From Candidatus Poseidoniaceae archaeon (GTDB lineage: Archaea; Thermoplasmatota; Poseidoniia; Poseidoniales; Poseidoniaceae), in NCBI GenBank assembly GCA_949372655.1, contig CASIAI010000005.1, positions 3,626 to 67,625 on the forward strand: a stretch of DNA of 64,000 nucleotides. Direction: 5' to 3'. Positions 58,320-64,000 of the stretch are shown here, piece after piece. Every line of letters begins with the position of its first letter. Within the stretch, counting starts at the first letter, position 1. The position numbers were made by a program, and so were the translations under genes. The notes under the pieces are model-generated. The model was not told where the DNA came from, made no database searches, and saw nothing but the letters and a program-made list of their open reading frames with translations.

Positions 58320-59105
58320 TTATTGTAATAATTTAATCAAACAATCCCAAACAGGACCTAAACGAGTATTGGCTGTTGAAGAAACATTGTGATGATGCAA
58401 ATCAGCGGTGGAATCTCCTGGCTCTCTACCTGCAGCCCAATTTGAAGATATACAAACCGCCACATATGGAATTTCAATCTCTCTAGCCAACTTGGCTTCA
58501 CGAGGCATAGTCATACCGACCATATCTCCTCCTAGTGTCTCGATTGCATCAATTTCTGCACGTGTCTCAAAATGAGGACCCTGAGCAAGCCAATATGTGT
58601 ACATTAGATTTTCATCAGAACTAAAACCTTGAGACCCACGTAATGATTGTTCTAATATTGAATTCAGTTCTAGAGAAAATGGCTCTGTTACCGAAGTAAA
58701 TACTGCTTCATCATCGTGGAAAGTACTTGCTTTTCCCGTGAAATCAATATATTGTTCTGCTAGACCTACTTTCCCAGGAGGGAAATCCTGCGCGATAGCA
58801 CCTACTGAACAAACAGCCATTATTGCATCACATCCTGAATCTTTCATAGCCATGAGATTGGCTCGATGGTTGATTGCATGAGGTGGCTTATTGCTACCTT
58901 CTCCATTATGATGCCTTTGAAGAAAAATTATCTCTCTCGTTTCACCATCTTTATCAAATGTCATACATGTTAGGGGAACTTCCCCCCAAGCAGTTTCTAC
59001 ATTTACCGAATCATTACGGATTAAAGTCAATCCAGCATCTTTAATTTGAGACCCAAGAGTCATCTCGATTAATCCTGTACCGCCTATAACACCTAAACGC
59101 TTCAT
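58320..59105 (-). CDS. MTAP/PNP family 2 phosphorylase, probably S-methyl-5'-thioinosine / 6-oxopurine specific
   Basis: GVIGGTG, QRH, GPHFETRAE, VGMT.P.E; the specificity position is Asn (SSNWAAG) rather than the Asp of MTAP. Confidence 0.85.
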   Translation of the reverse strand: MKRLGVIGGTGLIEMTLGSQIKDAGLTLIRNDSVNVETAWGEVPLTCMTFDKDGETREIIFLQRHHNGEGSNKPPHAINHRANLMAMKDSGCDAIMAVCSVGAIAQDFPPGKVGLAEQYIDFTGKASTFHDDEAVFTSVTEPFSLELNSILEQSLRGSQGFSSDENLMYTYWLAQGPHFETRAEIDAIETLGGDMVGMTMPREAKLAREIEIPYVAVCISSNWAAGREPGDSTADLHHHNVSSTANTRLGPVWDCLIKLLQ

Positions 59106-59166
59106 GGCTATGCCAATTAGTAATCACTTGTCAAACCTGCGCACAGGAATGTTCAATTTAATCGAT

Positions 59167-60141
59167 TCAAGCGTTAAGACGTTCAATCAGTTCTGATTTC
59201 TTGCCAGATACTGGTTTACCAGCAGCCTTTAGCAGTTCCTTCAGTTCTGCAACAGTCATACTGCTGTAATCAACTGATTCATCTGAAGATTCTGCCTCAG
59301 TAGTTTCTACTTCAGCAACTTCTTTTTCGGTTGTTTCAACGACTTTTGCTTTCTCGGACTCTGGTTCCAGTGCTTCTGCCGCATCTAGAATAGATGGAGA
59401 ATCATCGGATTCTTCCTCTTCGTCTTCCATTGCTGCTGCAATGGCTGCTGCTTTCTTAGCCTTTAATTCAGATTCTTGCCTTTCTTCTGTGGCGTGAATC
59501 TCATCAAGTGTTGGACCTGATTCTGATATTACACCTTCTTGCAATAGTTGGCTCTTCCTAATAGAAATTGAGCGTATAGGATAGATTGGCTTGATCGCCT
59601 TACTGATCTCTTCTTCCAATTCTCCTCCAAGAATAGATTCTTGCAACTTTGAGTATGTGTTCTTAGAAGCGAAGCCTATCATGACCTCTCTAGCTTTCAA
59701 ACGCATGGCTTGCTTAACAGATGTTTGAACACGCTTCTGAGTAATAGTCAGAGGCTTTAGTCTTACCAAGTAACCATCTGTAGTTACAACATCGATTACA
59801 TCGTCAATCTTACCACGGTATCGGCGGATTTGTCTTCTTGTGTGGTCAGTTTGGTGGTGATGTCCGATAAATGTAGTTAGAGCATCTTGCCCAACACATT
59901 CCTTAACTCGGAACTTCAAGATGACGTGCATCTTAGTGAAATCACCATTAAATTCTTGTAGAGTCATTTGGTATATTCTACCAACAATATGCTCATCAGA
60001 CTCTCCGAGAGTCTCTCCGATGCTTTTGAAATCCCATGGATGACGAGGTGCACGAATTGTGTACCATCTCTTCATCTTCCACTTATCACGCTGCTTACGT
60101 GCTGCTGCACGTGCTTTTGCACTAACTTTCTTTGCTGCCAT
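59167..60141 (-). CDS. rps3ae: 30S ribosomal protein S3Ae with acidic linker and C-terminal SAP domain
   Basis: DKWKMKRWYTIRAP, GRIYQMTL, YPIRSISIRKS; tail YSSMTVAELKELLKAAGKPVSGKKSELIERL. Confidence 0.93.
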   Translation of the reverse strand: MAAKKVSAKARAAARKQRDKWKMKRWYTIRAPRHPWDFKSIGETLGESDEHIVGRIYQMTLQEFNGDFTKMHVILKFRVKECVGQDALTTFIGHHHQTDHTRRQIRRYRGKIDDVIDVVTTDGYLVRLKPLTITQKRVQTSVKQAMRLKAREVMIGFASKNTYSKLQESILGGELEEEISKAIKPIYPIRSISIRKSQLLQEGVISESGPTLDEIHATEERQESELKAKKAAAIAAAMEDEEEESDDSPSILDAAEALEPESEKAKVVETTEKEVAEVETTEAESSDESVDYSSMTVAELKELLKAAGKPVSGKKSELIERLNA

Positions 60142-60291
60142 CAGAATCATCTCGGGTTGTCTTGCGGGGGCTACCCCACTTGCAAGTTGCCGACTAACCA
60201 CCCCTATTTGAATAAGACTACTGTAACTCTAAGTTAATAATCGTAAAAGTCCTTCGTTAAACTATTGAATGAGAATATGTGAGACTAAAAT

Positions 60292-60732
60292 ATGGGAGTA
60301 CACCACCTGACTTGGCGAGTCACTGCAAGTGGTGTTGAAGATGAGGTTCTAATTGCAAACGCAATCTCGGAATTGATTGCTAATGAAGAACTAGTAGAAA
60401 TCGAAAAGACCACATCATATTATGGCTCAACCATCCATTTGATAAGTGCGATAACCAAGAAAAATAAAGTTGCAATCAAATCATTATCAAAACTCGGTTC
60501 TACGAATTTAGATATCTTAATTTCATCGTTAGAAGAAAGATTAGATGAAAATAACACCTTACATTTCCGAATTGGGTTAGACGAACTAATTAGAGGTGAA
60601 ATTCTCATTGTATCATCAAATGTCAAGTCAATCAAAGGCCAGACTAAATTAGAGGTATACCCAGGCCAGTCAGCACTAAAAGAAGCAGAAACTATTCTAA
60701 ATAGCGCTAAAGAGGGCACTGAAAAGAAATAA
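60292..60732 (+). CDS. Archaeal RNA-binding protein (DUF54 / RNA_binding family)
   Basis: EKTTSYYGSTI, LEERLDENNTLHFRIG; divergent from rps3ae. Confidence 0.75.
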   Translation: MGVHHLTWRVTASGVEDEVLIANAISELIANEELVEIEKTTSYYGSTIHLISAITKKNKVAIKSLSKLGSTNLDILISSLEERLDENNTLHFRIGLDELIRGEILIVSSNVKSIKGQTKLEVYPGQSALKEAETILNSAKEGTEKK

Positions 60733-60805
60733 GTTCAATCGGTTTCCTTAGGCACCTCACAAGGGATTAAGTAATGAGGGCGTTTACGCTAACTGAGGAG
60801 TAACA

Positions 60806-61081
60806 ATGACACATGTTGTAACATCAGGTTGTGTAGACCACAAATACCAAGAATGCGTTGCAGTTTGCCCTGTGGAAGCATTTAGAGAAGCTGAAACATA
60901 CCTAGTCATCGATCCCGATGAATGTATAGATTGTGGTGCTTGTATACCTGAATGTCCGGTTGATGCAATATTTGCCGATATCGATGTCCCTGACGAAGAA
61001 GAGTCTTGGATTGATCGAAATGCAGAAGAATCAATAGATGCAGAAATTGCAGAAGGCGACACGCCTGTATTAGCCGATTGA
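60806..61081 (+). CDS. 7Fe ([3Fe-4S]/[4Fe-4S]) ferredoxin, FdxA-like
   Basis: C..KY.EC..VCPV...IDPDECIDCGACIPECPVDAIF; SD GAGGAG. Confidence 0.93.
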   Translation: MTHVVTSGCVDHKYQECVAVCPVEAFREAETYLVIDPDECIDCGACIPECPVDAIFADIDVPDEEESWIDRNAEESIDAEIAEGDTPVLAD

Positions 61082-61108
61082 GTACGCCTTTAGTTTGGAG
61101 TTTTTTCA

Positions 61109-62098
61109 ATGTCAGTAGATTTTAATCAATTAAGAAACGGTAGCGATTTATTAAAGAGAGGCTTTGCAAGAATGCAGCAAGGTGGAGTAATAATGGATGT
61201 AGTTAATCCAGAACAAGCAGCGGTTGCTGAAGATTCTGGTGCAGTTGCAGTCATGGCTCTAGAAAGAGTACCAGCAGATATTCGTAGAGATGGCGGAGTT
61301 GCTAGAATGAGTCATCCTGATATGATTCAAGGAATACTTGACTGCACTTCAATACCTGTGATGGCAAAGTCGAGAATAGGCCATGATGGAGAAGCAAGAA
61401 TTCTAGAATCAATGGGTGTCGATATGATTGATGAATCTGAAGTATTAACACCTGCAGACCCATTTTTCCACATCAATAAGAAAGATTACGAGATTCCGTT
61501 TGTCTGTGGAGCTACTGAACTCGGCGAAGCGGTCAGAAGAATATGGGAAGGAGCATCAATGATTCGAACAAAAGGGGAAGCAGGTACAGGAAACGTTGTT
61601 GCTGCTGTAACACATGCTCGTATTATTGACCAAGAAATACGCCAAATGCAACATCTTGATGATGCTGGGATTTCAGATACTGCAAACCATATAATTGACA
61701 GATATAGAGTCCTATCCAATCAATCTAAACTACCAGGAAAGTATGATATGACTCCATTTGGAGAGATCAATCAAGATATGCATAACGAAGTAATTGGAAT
61801 ATTACAAGACGTTAAGGAAATGCAGAGACTTCCGGTCGTAACTTTCTCCGCAGGTGGCATAGCAACACCTGCAGATGCATCTCTAATGATGAGAATGGGG
61901 ATGGATGGAATCTTTGTTGGTTCTGGAATATTCAAATCTGACGACCCTAAAACAATGGCTGATGCAATAGTTTTGGCAACAGCGCACTATGATGATGGTG
62001 CTAAAGTTGCCGAAGCGATGGGGATGACACTTGGATCAGCAATGGTCGGAGATGAATTAGAAACTCTTGAAGTCAGAATGGACCAGCGTGGCTGGTAA
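61109..62098 (+). CDS. pdxS: Pyridoxal 5'-phosphate synthase lyase subunit
   Basis: [60 protein letters not shown]. Confidence 0.96.
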   Translation: MSVDFNQLRNGSDLLKRGFARMQQGGVIMDVVNPEQAAVAEDSGAVAVMALERVPADIRRDGGVARMSHPDMIQGILDCTSIPVMAKSRIGHDGEARILESMGVDMIDESEVLTPADPFFHINKKDYEIPFVCGATELGEAVRRIWEGASMIRTKGEAGTGNVVAAVTHARIIDQEIRQMQHLDDAGISDTANHIIDRYRVLSNQSKLPGKYDMTPFGEINQDMHNEVIGILQDVKEMQRLPVVTFSAGGIATPADASLMMRMGMDGIFVGSGIFKSDDPKTMADAIVLATAHYDDGAKVAEAMGMTLGSAMVGDELETLEVRMDQRGW

Positions 62099-62341
62099 TC
62101 ATTCCAAAGGATTCTCAATGCCTTCTTCACCAAGGGTCCACTTCAACGTTTTTACAACACCTTGTAGAGCCTTATGAGTCCTAGCTGATTCCTTCATTCC
62201 ATCGAGGTCACCGGTCTTGCGGCATTGTTCATACCACTCCTTCCATTGAACCAACCTTGTTTGCGCTTCCTCAAGCATTTTTTCGATTTCATCCCAAGTC
62301 CTGTTGTAGGAACGATAAGGATTGCCGGCACTTGTAGACAT
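62099..62341 (-). CDS. Small helical hypothetical protein (80 aa)
   Basis: Amphipathic helices; SD-like GAAGTG before ATG 62341. Confidence 0.72.
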   Translation of the reverse strand: MSTSAGNPYRSYNRTWDEIEKMLEEAQTRLVQWKEWYEQCRKTGDLDGMKESARTHKALQGVVKTLKWTLGEEGIENPLE

Positions 62342-62394
62342 GGGAAACACTTCGCCGGCTATCAATTCATATTTTATTTATCCGCAAAGATACT

Positions 62395-63456
62395 TCAACA
62401 ATCTAATTTAGCGCTTTTAATAGAAGTATTACTTTTTATTGAAACGTTATCACCAATTATGCAATCTGAAATCATACAGGAATCGCCAATAGAAACATTC
62501 TGGCCAATTACTGTTCGTTCAATATTAGAGTTCGAACCAATATTAGAATTAGACATTATCAAAGAATTAGATATCAATGAATTCTCTCCAATCTCAGCAC
62601 CACTGGAAATCACACTACCTAAGTTAGAACCTAGTACCTGCGAATCCTCAAAATTAAAACCATTAGAACCAATAACATCACCTTTAGGCATTGGAAATGG
62701 TAATTCGTTTCGATTAGAAATTAGAACTTGCTGAGCCCTGATGAGTTCGTCTGGTGAACCTACATCAAACCATACACCGTCGATTTTTTTACCATATATC
62801 GGCCAACCCATTTCGAGTATTTTTGGGAATAGTTGTTTACTAAAATCATACTTTTCACCTTCTGGAACCAATGCTAAAGCTTCAGGTTCGATAATGTATA
62901 ATCCAGCATTAATAACTGTACTGAAGGCTTCCTTTGGGCTTGGTTTTTCTTTAAATCTAACAACGTAACCCTCCTCTAGAGAACCATCGACCTCACCGTT
63001 AGAAGATGCTGATAATCCAACAATTCCAAACTCTGATGGATTTTCTACTTCCCAAAGAGCCATCGTAACTTTGGCCTTAGAATCCTTATGTGCTTTTATT
63101 AGTTTATTTAGATCACAAGAAAGTACTGAGTCACCAGAACCGACGATGAAAGTATCTTCAAGTTGGTCGATTAGAAGCCTAACACTTCCTGCAGTACCCA
63201 TAGGAAATTTTTCTTGATTAATAGATGAATTTTCTAAGACAGAACCTTTATCGCTCCAAGTATTGACTAATTCTTCCAACATATCTCCTTTGTACCCAGT
63301 AGTGACAATAATATCGCTAACTCCAGCACCCAGCATTGCATCTTTTACATATTCAATTACTGGACGACCAATAACTTCAACCATCGGTTTAGGTCTATTT
63401 GCAGTTAGTGGGTACAGTCTTGTTCCCTGACCGCCAGCCATTATGACGCCAAACAT
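62395..63456 (-). CDS. NDP-sugar synthase (mannose-1-phosphate guanylyltransferase-like) with left-handed beta-helix
   Basis: MAGGQGTRLYPLT..RPKPM, GTAGS, FKEKP, INAGLY, WFDVG, hexapeptide repeats. Confidence 0.92.
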   Translation of the reverse strand: MFGVIMAGGQGTRLYPLTANRPKPMVEVIGRPVIEYVKDAMLGAGVSDIIVTTGYKGDMLEELVNTWSDKGSVLENSSINQEKFPMGTAGSVRLLIDQLEDTFIVGSGDSVLSCDLNKLIKAHKDSKAKVTMALWEVENPSEFGIVGLSASSNGEVDGSLEEGYVVRFKEKPSPKEAFSTVINAGLYIIEPEALALVPEGEKYDFSKQLFPKILEMGWPIYGKKIDGVWFDVGSPDELIRAQQVLISNRNELPFPMPKGDVIGSNGFNFEDSQVLGSNLGSVISSGAEIGENSLISNSLIMSNSNIGSNSNIERTVIGQNVSIGDSCMISDCIIGDNVSIKSNTSIKSAKLDC

Positions 63457-63465
63457 GGTAATGCC

Positions 63466-63999
63466 TCATCTCTTTCTAGATGCATTCATGTTTATTCTAC
63501 GCATGTTTTTCTTCTTTTTGGACTTGTTAGATGACCCGGAACTACGCAAATCTTCGCTATTAATTCCTCCAAATGTCAAACTACCTGTCTCTAGAAGTTG
63601 CTGAGTTAAGGATTCTGCTACATCATCAGATTGGGAACCAGTTTTCATTACTTCATCGATAGACTTGTTATGGTCTATCATCCAAGATTTACGTTCTTGA
63701 CGCGCTAGATTCAACTCACCTTTGGCTTTGTTAACATCAACCATCATCTCATCGATTTTGCTATGAACTTCATTAGCCTTTTCTTTTAGTTCGATAAATT
63801 CAATGTGGAATCTATCCCCTTCCGACTTCAAAAAGTCACGGTGAGCAAATACTTCATCGACCTCAGGTGATTTTTCATTAACTCTTTCAACCGCTTCAAT
63901 CATTGCACTATGAGCAGCATCAGCTTCCGCTTTGAGGGTCTTAATTGCAGCATCAAGGTCTGATAAATCAACGCTTACTAATTCAAACTTGGCGACTTC
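63466..63999 (-). CDS. Archaeal coiled-coil protein (COG1340-like), 5'-truncated at window edge
   Basis: Frame is open to the edge (EVAKFELVSVDLSDL...); heptad ADAAH/ANEVH pattern; C-terminal LLETGSLT. Confidence 0.7.
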   Translation of the reverse strand, partial: EVAKFELVSVDLSDLDAAIKTLKAEADAAHSAMIEAVERVNEKSPEVDEVFAHRDFLKSEGDRFHIEFIELKEKANEVHSKIDEMMVDVNKAKGELNLARQERKSWMIDHNKSIDEVMKTGSQSDDVAESLTQQLLETGSLTFGGINSEDLRSSGSSNKSKKKKNMRRINMNASRKR

Positions 64000-64000
64000 G

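Overview
64 kb of gene-dense, AT-rich archaeal chromosome. Gene content (archaeal information-processing genes, DGGGP synthase plus a PlsC acyltransferase, DUF3860, two MMPL transporters, giant C-terminally anchored surface proteins, bacterial-type ribA/thyA/folA/sodN) points to Marine Group II Euryarchaeota (Poseidoniales, Thermoplasmatota); this assignment is inference. It holds about 68 CDS, three tRNAs (His-GTG, Lys-CTT, Pro-TGG) and the RNase P RNA. I saw no CRISPR array, IS element, integrase or prophage. The main candidate for an undescribed system is a cytoplasmic protein of about 1130 aa (3114-6512). It has a Pro/Met tandem-repeat disordered N-terminus followed by a region that, compared by eye with remembered sequences, follows the strand order of the mu-homology domain of eukaryotic AP-mu/delta-COP/muniscin adaptors. 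A HEAT-solenoid protein with an acidic tail lies about 10 kb away. Other points of interest: a PdaD-fold protein lacking its pyruvoyl Ser-Ser, an SD-sequestering leader on the DEAD-box helicase, an S3Ae-SAP fusion with a structured leader, a SepF with a PIP-box-like motif, an unannotated 38-aa double-CPxCG microprotein, a redoxin-VKOR-HTHD operon and a degenerate GT2 paralog. All family assignments come from motif recognition only; no database search was run.
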